From: Myxococcota bacterium
Lineage (GTDB): Bacteria > Myxococcota_A > UBA9160 > UBA6930
Reading direction: 5' to 3'
Assembly (NCBI GenBank): GCA_965223705.1
Contig: OZ245015.1
Location: 128,001-192,000, forward strand
DNA length: 64,000 nt
Under the pieces are notes generated by a model, which was given only the letters and a program-made list of their open reading frames with translations, was not told the DNA's origin and ran no database searches. The translations under genes and the position numbers were made by a program. Shown here piece by piece: positions 31,125 to 40,902 of the stretch. The first letter of the stretch is position 1, and each line of letters opens with the position of its first letter.

Positions 31125-31961
31125 CTAGAGCCTCTCCGCGTGCCAACGCAGGTGATCTTCGATGAACGAAGCGATGAAGTAGTAACTGTGGTCGTGGTCT
31201 GGCTGGCGCCGGAGCTCGAGGGGAACGGCGGCGGCTTTGCACGCGCCCTCGAGGCGTTCGGGCATGAGCTGCTCCACCAAAAAGCCGTCCTCGAGACCCT
31301 GGTCGACGAAGATCGCGGGCACCCGGGCTCCGTCCTCGAGAAGCGCGCACGCATCGTACGCGCGCCACGTCGCGCGGTCGGGGCCCAAATAGTGACCCAA
31401 AGCCTTCTGGCCCCACGGACAGTGGAGCGGCGCGCAGATCGGCGCGAACGCCGAGACCGAGCGAAAGCGATCGGGGTTGCGCAACGCGATCGTCAAGGCG
31501 CCGTGCCCACCCATGGAGTGTCCGCTGATCCCGATGCGCGAGTCATCGACGGGCAATTCGGCTACGACGAGTTCCCGAAGTTCTCGCTCGATGTAGCTGC
31601 GCATTTGATAGTGACGCGACCACGGCGACTCGGTCGCGTCCACGTAGAAACCCGCGCCGAGGCCGAAGTCCCAAGCTCCGTCCGGATCGTCGGGCACCCC
31701 CTCACCCCGCGGTGACGTGTCGGGCGCGAGGATCACCACGCCGAGTTCGCTCGCGACGCGTTGCGCGCCCGCCTTCGCGGTGAAGTTTTCCTCGGTGCAA
31801 GTGAGACCCGAGAGCCAGAGCAACGTTGGCGCCGGGCCTTCGACGCTGTCGGGAACGTAGGCGGCAAATCGCATCCGACAGCCGAGCGTCTTGGAGTCGT
31901 GGGAGTAGGTGTACTGCGTGCCGGCGAAGCAGCGGTTCGCTGACTCGATGGTGATGGACAT
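31125..31961 (-). CDS. fghA: S-formylglutathione hydrolase
   Basis: WLSGLTCTEENF, PDTSPRG, GHSMGGHGAL, HSYYFIASF. Confidence 0.93.
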   Translation of the reverse strand: MSITIESANRCFAGTQYTYSHDSKTLGCRMRFAAYVPDSVEGPAPTLLWLSGLTCTEENFTAKAGAQRVASELGVVILAPDTSPRGEGVPDDPDGAWDFGLGAGFYVDATESPWSRHYQMRSYIERELRELVVAELPVDDSRIGISGHSMGGHGALTIALRNPDRFRSVSAFAPICAPLHCPWGQKALGHYLGPDRATWRAYDACALLEDGARVPAIFVDQGLEDGFLVEQLMPERLEGACKAAAVPLELRRQPDHDHSYYFIASFIEDHLRWHAERL

Positions 31962-32338
31962 TGTTGAGGGACGGCGCTTCACTTGGGGATCAGGTGACAT
32001 TCGGTACGTACGTCGTCTCCGGTCTCGGCCCCCGCGGCCAGACCCGTTTGTCCGAACTCCTGCCCGAGATAGAGAGTTCCCGCTTGGCCCGGACCGGGAG
32101 CCCATCCCGTTTTGATCTCCGAAATAGAATCGAACAAGACATCGGTCACCGGGACCGAAGGCATTTGTGACTGCGCGGCCCCGGAGAAGAAGAGACTCAA
32201 CACCGACACGACAACAACACGCTTCACTACACATTCCCCCCATAAACGGCCGCGGTGGCTCGCCGAGGCCCAGGATGTGGCCGCCAGGATACCACCAAGC
32301 GATTTGAAAGCGGGCGAGCGCATGAGCTTTAGCCCTTG

Positions 32339-32596
32339 TTACGCGGAGGATCTGCGTAGCTCTGCCCGAACTCCGAGTTCGACGAGGCGCTTCTCGATAG
32401 GAGCGAGATCGAGCTCCGCGCCGCGCCGGACAACGCCAGGCAAGGCCTCTGCAAACGCCTCGTACTCGAAGCGTTTGATGCGAAGGAGCTTGCGAACGGC
32501 TTCAAGAAGCTCGGGCGCGGGAAGCTCGAGCACCACGAGCTCCCACGACTGCTGTGCCCTCTCGCGTTGTGCTCGTTGTTCACGCGTTTCTGACAA
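32339..32596 (-). CDS. Hypothetical protein
   Basis: Protein-like 85-aa ORF. Confidence 0.45.
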   Translation of the reverse strand: MSETREQRAQRERAQQSWELVVLELPAPELLEAVRKLLRIKRFEYEAFAEALPGVVRRGAELDLAPIEKRLVELGVRAELRRSSA

Positions 32597-32637
32597 CGAC
32601 GATCTCCGGTGAATCGGCTACCCCGGGGCAGGGCCGC

Positions 32638-33369
32638 CTACGGCTCCGGGTGTGCGAAGCGTCCATGCTTGAGGAACTCGAGAACTTGAAAACCGGCGAC
32701 CTTCGATCGCATGATGAAGGTGTGCGAAGCGGAGATCGCAATAAAGTCGGTCATCCCGGGCAGCTTGGTGCTCTGCACGGACACAGTTCCATCGTTTTCT
32801 CCCGGAACGAAGAGTGATCCCAAGGGATTGATGCTCCTGGTACCCGCGATGACACCGAGTTCGAAGTTCGGTGGGGGCAGCCGATTCGGAAGGCTTTGCT
32901 CTTCGGTGCCGAGCTGACTCGCGGTGGGGCCGAGTGCCCATCGGAAGGCTGCGGAGTCGAGGAGGTCGACCAGTTCGCTGCCGTGGTTAGGCGGCGCCAG
33001 CATGACCACGCGTCCGAGCGTTTGCACCTCGTGCGTAGCGACGTAAGCGCGGACCAAGATCCCTCCGAGCGAGTGCGTCACAAAGTGAAGACGCGGTGCG
33101 GCTTCGCAACACTCGAGCACTCGTTTGTGGAGGTAACCCCCGAGCTCACCGGGGCCGAGATCGGTCGACGGGTAAGAGACGTTGTGAACCGCATAGCCAG
33201 CTTCGGACAACATGGAAGCCAGTGGACGCATCGCGCGGCTCGACCGCCCGAGGCCGTGGAGAAGCACCACCGATTCGGCGCGCGCCTCGGCATCGGAAGC
33301 CTGAGCCTTTGCGCCCAGCACACACGAGATGGCCAAGAACATCCCGAAGATGGAGACGGCTCGTCGCAA
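32638..33369 (-). CDS. Alpha/beta hydrolase (lipase-like)
   Basis: VLLHGL, THSLGG, APPNHGS, NDGTVS. Confidence 0.87.
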   Translation of the reverse strand: MRRAVSIFGMFLAISCVLGAKAQASDAEARAESVVLLHGLGRSSRAMRPLASMLSEAGYAVHNVSYPSTDLGPGELGGYLHKRVLECCEAAPRLHFVTHSLGGILVRAYVATHEVQTLGRVVMLAPPNHGSELVDLLDSAAFRWALGPTASQLGTEEQSLPNRLPPPNFELGVIAGTRSINPLGSLFVPGENDGTVSVQSTKLPGMTDFIAISASHTFIMRSKVAGFQVLEFLKHGRFAHPEP

Positions 33370-33434
33370 ACCGCTACGGATCCTGCAGGTTCGAGTCGCC
33401 CACTGTATCGCGCGAGATCGACGCCGAAGGCACG

Positions 33435-33803
33435 CTAAACCCGAGGGTCATCGTCATTCGAATGCTCGGTGTCTGCGGGCGAGAGATACATCTCTTTGGT
33501 TCTTAAGAGAATATGGTGGCGGTGCCAGAGCCCTTGCGGCACGACGAGGCAGGAGCCTCCCTCGAGTCTGACTCGATCAGATGGCTGCCCCAGAGCACTG
33601 GGCAGGATCTCGATTTCTACACACCCCTCGATGACGTGTAGTAACTCCTCCGAGTTTGGATGCATCTCCCAGGGACCGGGACCGCCAGCCTCAGACCAGA
33701 AGACTCCAATGTGTCCGGTGCCGAAAGAAGCTTGGGTCGCAAACTCCAGCTCGGGAAGTTTGGACACTTCCTTGTCGGGATTGAACACTTGGTATTGGGT
33801 CAT
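33435..33803 (-). CDS. Cupin domain protein
   Basis: WEMHP..EE, VVPQGLWH. Confidence 0.82.
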   Translation of the reverse strand: MTQYQVFNPDKEVSKLPELEFATQASFGTGHIGVFWSEAGGPGPWEMHPNSEELLHVIEGCVEIEILPSALGQPSDRVRLEGGSCLVVPQGLWHRHHILLRTKEMYLSPADTEHSNDDDPRV

Positions 33804-33851
33804 TGCGCGATCCACTGAACCATAGGTTAGGCGGAACCACGTCCATCGAGA

Positions 33852-33873
33852 AAGGCGGGTCCACTGCAGCCGC
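33852..33873 (-). repeat. attC remnant (one arm)
   Basis: AAGGCGGGTCCACTGCAGCCGC is identical to the array attC arm and lies just after the stop of ORF 33885-34292; R'' box lost. Confidence 0.7.
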
Positions 33874-33884
33874 CGGACATAGCC

Positions 33885-34292
33885 CTATCGGGTGTCCGGT
33901 GAGCGCGATACCGGCGCGGGACGCGCCCAAAGCAGAGCGACCGCGGGGATGCCGAATAGCAAAAGCTGCCAAAGACCTGGACCCCACCCACCGCCGGACG
34001 GGCTGGTGAGATTCCAGATGAGGTGGCTGACCGCCACGTAGAAAGCGTAGACGGACGCCCAGGGCCAGACCCAGGGGCGAACGGACCAGAACGCCCACGC
34101 CGCGGCGGCGAAGATCGCCCAGTGAAGAGGCGCGGTGAGCCGCGCGAGTGCTCCGCGAAGCTCGAACCCGAACCACACTTCCGTGTCGCGCACATGGGGG
34201 ACGAACACATCTCGAGCGATGAGGAAGATGAGGGTGACGGTGCAGAAAGCGGAAAGAACCGTCGCCCACCAAGGTCTCTCTACAGCATCCAC
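33885..34292 (-). CDS. Membrane protein, probable former cassette gene
   Basis: Four TMs; followed by the attC remnant. Confidence 0.65.
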   Translation of the reverse strand: MDAVERPWWATVLSAFCTVTLIFLIARDVFVPHVRDTEVWFGFELRGALARLTAPLHWAIFAAAAWAFWSVRPWVWPWASVYAFYVAVSHLIWNLTSPSGGGWGPGLWQLLLFGIPAVALLWARPAPVSRSPDTR

Positions 34293-34380
34293 GCCCGACT
34301 ACCAACTTGTGCGAGCCATCCGTTTCGCAAGTAGAGGTCGTCTCCATCTCGTCCTCCGCACACGCAAATAGCGGCCCGGC

Positions 34381-34878
34381 CTAGCGCGTAGGACGATAGA
34401 GAACTGCGAAGCTGAAGCCGAACGCAGCGACGATCAGCGCAAGAAGCAAACCCAAGACAAAAAATCCCGATCCCGAGGGCATGGGCCAACCGACTGCATT
34501 CGAGAGTTGCAAGGCGATGTTAAGCAACGTCAGAGCAAACACGGTGTGTAACGCCGTGCGGGGCGGGCGAGCGCCCTGACCACGCGACACTTTTTGCACC
34601 CGCAAGAGGAAGAAGACGAAAAAGGCAAGGACCGCCGCGAACAGAACGACGCTGGAATACCGCCAACTCGTGGAGCCCTCAACCCCGAACTGTAACAGCA
34701 GCGACGGTACGAACGCGATCGTCGCAGTGCCCACCCCGAGAAACAGGACACCTGCGAATCGCCAGCGATCGATTGCTACCAGTCCATCGCGTTGAGAGAA
34801 CGCGACAACAACACCGGCGAAGCCAGCCAAGGTCAGAGCCAATTCGGCGATCGTTAGGACTGCGCTCGCTGCGTCCAT
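34381..34878 (-). CDS. Membrane protein
   Basis: IAELALTLAGFAGVVVAF, about five TMs. Confidence 0.65.
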   Translation of the reverse strand: MDAASAVLTIAELALTLAGFAGVVVAFSQRDGLVAIDRWRFAGVLFLGVGTATIAFVPSLLLQFGVEGSTSWRYSSVVLFAAVLAFFVFFLLRVQKVSRGQGARPPRTALHTVFALTLLNIALQLSNAVGWPMPSGSGFFVLGLLLALIVAAFGFSFAVLYRPTR

Positions 34879-35625
34879 CTCTAGTCGACCGTCCGCTTAA
34901 CATCGAAACTCGGCGCCGGGTTGGGCGTCATTGCCTTCAACTCTACTCAACGAATCGACGTAGGCAATAAAATCCAGATGGTAGACGTTGTGTTTGTGAT
35001 CCTCCCAGAACCGTTGGTAGCCTCGAGCGCGCCAAGGCGGCCCTGTTCGACCGCCATAAGGCCAGCGGTCACTGTCCCAATTACCAACGCCACCCAAAGC
35101 GACACGCCCCAGGGATTTTGCGACTCAAACACCGCGAAGAAACCCAGTGCCGTCGCTGCAATTTCCGCGACGAGTCCAAGTTGATCGAGAGCCGCTTCCG
35201 ACATTCCACACTCCGCCGACATCGCTGGTAAGCCGATGAGTACAAGCCACGTACTCATCGTCCCTTCAACGCGGAGTTTATCCAGGCCCCTGCGTTGGAA
35301 TCGATGTCTCGAGCCACACCCTCGATTGGACCCGTAATCCCGAGGCAGCTCTGAAGGTGCCTCTGCGTCGAAAAGACGGAACGCTGTCTTTGCATCCTGC
35401 TCGTGAAATATTCCTACATGATGCCTTCGGCTTGGCGGTCGGCGTGTTGGCGATAGTTGGCCCCGCCTGCGCTGTAGGCGAAGATAACGGGCTGGTCTCT
35501 CCATAGGCAGACGCACTGGACCTGCCGGATCAATGATGTCGTCTGAATCACTCGCGAGCGGCATGACTGGCGCTGCGAAGACTCGGTCGAGGCTCGCGCG
35601 TGCTGTTTGATCAACGGGAAGCCTC

Positions 35626-36246
35626 CTATGGCGCCCTCTGAGCAACGATGAATCGGACCGGGTGCGGACAGAAGGCGGTCTCAAGGATCACGAAGTCAGC
35701 ACTCGTGATGTGGTCTTCGATCTCTGTCGCCTTTAGATAATCGAGAGGGGGCGCAAGTCCGAACAGCTTCATCACCGAGATACCGATGGGCACGAGGCGG
35801 TTCATTTCTCCGACACAGGGTGTCTTCGAGATGAAGAATCCCCCGGGCTTGAGGCGCTCTCGAATCTCGAACAGGCCGCCCGGGATGTCCCCGACCACGT
35901 GCAAGCTGTTGAAGGCTGTGATGACGTCGAAGGGCCCGCGGTCCAAGCCCGCGTCAAATAGCGTTGCCTGCTCGAAGTGGACGTTGTCGACGTTCTCGGC
36001 TGACGCCTTCTCGACGCCGATCTCGACCATGCGAGACGAAATGTCGGTGGCGGTGATCTGTTCAACGCTGGATGCGAGCAGGAGCGCAGTCGTCCCGGTT
36101 CCACAGCCGATCTCCAGAACGTGATCGCCCGCGGACAGGTACTTTCGGGTTCGGTCCAGGCCCTGGTCGTAGCTCGCCTGATCCTTGATCGGCTTCTTCG
36201 AGTAGGCGTCGGCGTGGCGGTCCCAGAAGCGTGCGGCTTTGGTCAT
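35626..36246 (-). CDS. Class I SAM methyltransferase
   Basis: FWDRHA..Y, VLEIGCGTG, LKPGGFFISKT. Confidence 0.88.
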   Translation of the reverse strand: MTKAARFWDRHADAYSKKPIKDQASYDQGLDRTRKYLSAGDHVLEIGCGTGTTALLLASSVEQITATDISSRMVEIGVEKASAENVDNVHFEQATLFDAGLDRGPFDVITAFNSLHVVGDIPGGLFEIRERLKPGGFFISKTPCVGEMNRLVPIGISVMKLFGLAPPLDYLKATEIEDHITSADFVILETAFCPHPVRFIVAQRAP

Positions 36247-36336
36247 GCGACTTTCTCCTGCGCGCTCATACGGGTACTCGTTGGGTGCCACCCATTCGCT
36301 CCTTCACAGTCCGCAAACGCCCGGCGACGACGGGTC

Positions 36337-36466
36337 CGCCAACGGAGTTGCGGCTCAGTGGGTCCGCCGACCTGAGGGCGAGATTCTGCCGATACCGCTG
36401 GTTAAGGCACAAGACTAACGAACTAGAGAAGAGCAAAGGCGGGTCCGCTGTAGCCGCTGGTTAGAC
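36337..36466 (-). repeat. attC of cassette 14 (terminal)
   Basis: R'' GTCTAAC ... R' GTTGGCG, imperfect palindrome. Confidence 0.88.
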
Positions 36467-37003
36467 GGCAAGCTCCAACTCGCCGCCCGCTATCACCTCG
36501 GGCGTCGTCGCGTCTCCGGGTCCAAACTCGAGGGCGCCAGAAGCCAGGTACAAGACAACATTGCCTGGCGAGTAGAGGTGCCAGATTGGATCGCCCGGCC
36601 CAAAGTCGGCATACCTCTGCGTTTAAACCACAAAGCCGAATTCAAACTTGAATATGAATTCACCCCGTGTCGGGGAAGCTCCGACCGTCTCGAGCTTTGC
36701 ACCATCGAGTCTAGATAAGGCCCGGGATATGGTCTCGTTGTCCGATTCAGAGTGCGCGAGTTCCGTAGATTGCTCGCGAAGCGACCAATCACATTGCTCA
36801 ATCCACAGATGGTGATCACCGCGAACTGTGACCAAACGCCTGCGCAGGTACTCGCGACGAGAGTCGGGAACAGGTTCGCGAATTTCTAGATGAGGCTGCC
36901 CGGAGTCGAATGTGATGAAGGAGCTGTAACCCCGTTGCGCGTTCCAGCAAGGGAGCCCAGATAAGCTGCCGAAACTCGCGCTCAGGAGGTCCCTGGCATC
37001 CAA
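36461..37003 (-). pseudogene. Cassette 14 gene with in-frame TAA at 36623-36625
   Basis: Frame continues past the stop to the TAA inside R'' (GTCTAAC). Confidence 0.7.
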
Positions 37004-37021
37004 AGTACGCCCTTGCCTGCC

Positions 37022-37157
37022 GTCTAACGGAGATGGCGCTCAGCTGCGAGCCACAGTGCCTCCGTGGTTCGAGCAAAGCACCAGAGTTACAATGCCAGAG
37101 CGTAAAAGAACCCGGTTTGACAAGCTGTGGCTCCTCAGCTGCAGCGCCTTGTTAGAC
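37022..37157 (-). repeat. attC of cassette 13 (divergent sequence type)
   Basis: GTCTAAC-AAGGC-GCTGCAGC ... GCTGAGC-N9-GTTAGAC. Confidence 0.88.
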
Positions 37158-37184
37158 GGTGTGCTCCCGGGGTCAGAAGGAACG

Positions 37185-37421
37185 ATGGGCAAAGCGGGAC
37201 AGAAGGTGCTGGACGAAGCGCTGCAACTCGAACTCTCAGAACGAGCGGAGCTTGCGGCGGAACTGCTCGCAAGCCTCGACGGCGAACCGGACGAGGAGGC
37301 CGAGGCGGCTTGGGCTGACGAAATCAAGCGCCGGCTCACCCGCGCTCGATCTGGCGCAGATGAGGGAAGGCCCTGGCCAGCCGTTCGAGATGCGGTCAAG
37401 GACGCATTGAACAACAGGTGA
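37185..37421 (+). CDS. Addiction module antitoxin component (cassette 13, inverted)
   Basis: EAL.L...ERAELA..LL.SLD...AW..EI.RR motif. Confidence 0.85.
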   Translation: MGKAGQKVLDEALQLELSERAELAAELLASLDGEPDEEAEAAWADEIKRRLTRARSGADEGRPWPAVRDAVKDALNNR

Positions 37422-37732
37422 CTCCTAGCGTTCGCATCAGTGAAGAGGCTGAAGCCGAGGTGGCTGAGTCGGCTCGCTGGTACGAGACAAACCGAGCGAA
37501 CTTGGGCGCAGAGTTCCTCGAGGCAGTTGACCTGGCAGTAGATCGAGCCGCAACGAACCCCGCGGCGGGTTCACCGGTGCCGGGTGTTGAAGACGCGGCT
37601 GTTCGCCGGTGGCCGGTACGCCGTTTCCCGTATCACGTTGTGTACGTCGAGCTCCCCGACCGTCTTCAGATTCTCGCTGTGGCGCACGATCGCCGACGCC
37701 CCGGATATTGGATCGGTCGGCTGCCAAGCTGA
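37418..37732 (+). CDS. RelE/ParE family toxin (cassette 13)
   Basis: WYE....LG.EF, RRFPY.VVY, ILAVAH.RRRPGYW. Confidence 0.88.
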   Translation: MTPSVRISEEAEAEVAESARWYETNRANLGAEFLEAVDLAVDRAATNPAAGSPVPGVEDAAVRRWPVRRFPYHVVYVELPDRLQILAVAHDRRRPGYWIGRLPS

Positions 37733-37880
37733 CGCCCGAACATCCGTCTAACGGAGTTGCGGCTCAGTGGCCCGCCGACCTAATGGCGAGATTCCGCCGA
37801 CACCGCTGGTAAGGGACCAAGACTAACGAACTAGAACCGAGCTAAGGCGGATCCACTGCAGCCGCTCTTATGATGCGATC

Positions 37881-38080
37881 CGTGATGAAATGAAGCGGCC
37901 GATGAGCACAAGCCACGTGCCCACCGGCCTTCATAGGGAGCGGTAGGCCGAAAGCCAAGAGGTCCCTTGCGAGACCGTTAACAAGCTCGGGTCACCGTTC
38001 CCGTTGCCGCAGCGAAGCTCGAACGATCGCTTGGGCCGCCCGGAGGCGAGCCCGTATTTGAGAGCCCGAGTTCGTTGTAC
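37881..38080 (+). ncRNA. Predicted bridge RNA (copy 1); ends approximate
   Basis: 5' hairpin 37890-37934, target loop 37936-38002, donor loop 38010-38077 with guides matching IS ends and attC. Confidence 0.8.
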
Positions 38081-38093
38081 CGGGAAGTTTATC

Positions 38094-39009
<916 letters not shown>

Positions 39010-39035
39010 GCGTTGACTTCCAACACGATCGCTTG

Positions 39036-39572
39036 TTAGGTGGCAGGTCCGCTTTGCGAGAACGCACAGCCAAAGCGCTCCGCGTTGGCCTCCGAGAAGA
39101 ACACGGTGACCGCGTCGTCTGATACGAGTGTGGCCTCGTCGGAATACTCTCCGAGTGCCAAGAAAACAGGCTCGTGCCCGACGAGACTGAGTCGGATTCC
39201 GCAGGGGTACCAATGATCCGAGCGCTCGCTTGGGTACCAGCGAAGGGCGGTTGAGGCGATGTGTTTGCCAATGATGTCCGGCCACGGAGCCGTGCCCGAG
39301 ACCGGCCACCGCGCGGTCTCCGGGCGCAGCTCCGATGAGAGGTCGCTGGGCAGGACTTTGAGACCAGTGTCTGAAGGAACGTCCCAGATAACGGAGACGA
39401 CAGCGCCGCTTCCGAGGTGGAGCTCGACTCCGTAGTCGACGGAATGTCTATCGGAGCAGACGAACTCTGGCTTGCGGCTTTCGTACGCAATCTCTCGGTA
39501 GGTGACGTCCCGAATCGAGTCGCCGCGCGTCGACTCAAGAAGCTCGAGTGCTGATCTGGCCGGCTCCTTCAC
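39036..39572 (-). CDS. Cassette 12 hypothetical protein
   Basis: AGGAG RBS + GTG; stop inside R''. Confidence 0.75.
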   Translation of the reverse strand: MKEPARSALELLESTRGDSIRDVTYREIAYESRKPEFVCSDRHSVDYGVELHLGSGAVVSVIWDVPSDTGLKVLPSDLSSELRPETARWPVSGTAPWPDIIGKHIASTALRWYPSERSDHWYPCGIRLSLVGHEPVFLALGEYSDEATLVSDDAVTVFFSEANAERFGCAFSQSGPAT

Positions 39573-39583
39573 GGTCTCCTGCC

Positions 39584-39713
39584 GCCTAACGGAGTTGCGG
39601 CTCAGTGGGCCCGCCGACCTAATGGCGAGATTCCGCCGATGCCGCTGGTAAGGGCACAAGACTAACGAACTAGGACTGAGCTAAGGCGGGTCCACTGCAG
39701 CCGCTGGTTAGAC
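39584..39713 (-). repeat. attC of cassette 11
   Basis: 130 bp, identical to 46434-46563. Confidence 0.92.
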
Positions 39714-39720
39714 GGCGCCA

Positions 39721-40113
39721 CTACTCGGGCGGTTGCTCCAGTAGTGCGAGAAGCCCACACGCTACAACAACCAAAACCGCTACAGCAGCTGCAAAACCGT
39801 AGGCGAACCGAATGCCCCCGCCGGCCGATCCTTCTAGCGCCATAGCGATACCGATTACAGCGATAGCAGCGGCAGAGACCCCGGGCAGGAGGCGTCTCGC
39901 GAGACGAGAACGCTTGGATCGCGCGAGCAGCTGGGCCTGCGTCAGGCCTTCTCGGGCGAAGACCAGTGGGGCGATAAAGATAGTTCCGGCTCCAAGAGAC
40001 GCGAGCACGACCAGGAATGGAGCGCCTGTCAGAAGGCCACCGACGGCTAATGCGAACATTAAGCAGCCGACGAAGCCGGCGAACGCGATCGCTGTTCGTA
40101 AGAGTGCGTTCAA
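39721..40113 (-). CDS. Cassette 11 membrane protein (duplicate of cassette 3)
   Basis: Four TMs; same protein as 46571-46963. Confidence 0.75.
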   Translation of the reverse strand: MNALLRTAIAFAGFVGCLMFALAVGGLLTGAPFLVVLASLGAGTIFIAPLVFAREGLTQAQLLARSKRSRLARRLLPGVSAAAIAVIGIAMALEGSAGGGIRFAYGFAAAVAVLVVVACGLLALLEQPPE

Positions 40114-40125
40114 CTCGTTGCGTCC

Positions 40126-40255
40126 GTCTAACGGAGTTGCGGCTCAGCGGTCCCGCCACACTAAGGGCAAGGGTCCGCCGGTACCGCTGGTTAAGCTCAA
40201 AACCTAACGAACTAGAAAAGCGCTGTGGCGGGTCCGCTGCAGCCGCTGGTTAGAC
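40126..40255 (-). repeat. attC of cassette 10
   Basis: GTCTAAC...GTTAGAC, subtype 2. Confidence 0.92.
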
Positions 40256-40717
40256 AGCGTGCTCGTTTAGCCAGGCGAGGAGGGGGCTGTCGGGCGAGGT
40301 ATGGGCGGCGACTACGTCCTTAAATCGCCCGGTGTCTTCCAGAATGAGTGGGACCCATATTGGCGAACCACCCGAAACAGCAAAGACCCGCAGACAGGGG
40401 CACAACGGAATGTTCAAGAGAGAGACGTGGGAAATTTCGGACCACGCGATATCGCGCCGACGGCACCATGTATCGAAACCGCTTAAGGCCGATTCGTCTG
40501 TCTGAGCGAACGGCAACTTTTGAAAGATGAAGCCTATGCAGTAGCAATAGACGAGAACTACCCCAACCGTGACGGAGATTACCAGTACGGTTGCTAGGTC
40601 GGGGCGCCAGGCAATCGCGCTCGCTAAGCCGGCAGCTCCTCCGATTAACCCGAGCGAGAAGCTCCACCACCAGGAGACAGGGTGGTTCTCTGCCGGTAAC
40701 GACGCCATAGCCACCAC
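40250..40717 (-). CDS. Cassette 10 membrane-anchored hypothetical protein
   Basis: Two TMs plus a soluble domain; stop inside R''. Confidence 0.72.
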   Translation of the reverse strand: MVAMASLPAENHPVSWWWSFSLGLIGGAAGLASAIAWRPDLATVLVISVTVGVVLVYCYCIGFIFQKLPFAQTDESALSGFDTWCRRRDIAWSEISHVSLLNIPLCPCLRVFAVSGGSPIWVPLILEDTGRFKDVVAAHTSPDSPLLAWLNEHAV

Positions 40718-40759
40718 CTCGGTAGGTCGGCGAACTTTCTTAAGGGCTCGACAACGTCT

Positions 40760-40890
40760 GTCTAACGGACTTGCGGCTCAGCGGTCCCGCCACACTTAGT
40801 GGCAAGGGTCCGCCGGGCACGCTGGTTAGGCCCAAAACCTAACGAACTAGACGAGCGCTGTGGCGGGTCCGCTGCAGCCGCTTGTTGGGT
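40760..40890 (-). repeat. attC of cassette 9
   Basis: ACCCAAC...GTTAGAC, subtype 2. Confidence 0.92.
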
Positions 40891-40902
40891 GGCGACGCCT
40901 CG

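Noticed and set aside
37863..37866. CGCT at both IS junctions as a target-site duplication
   Set aside because: The right-hand copy is part of the IS end, since it is matched by the donor guide and needed for the 17-bp promoter spacer; it is a shared core, typical of IS110
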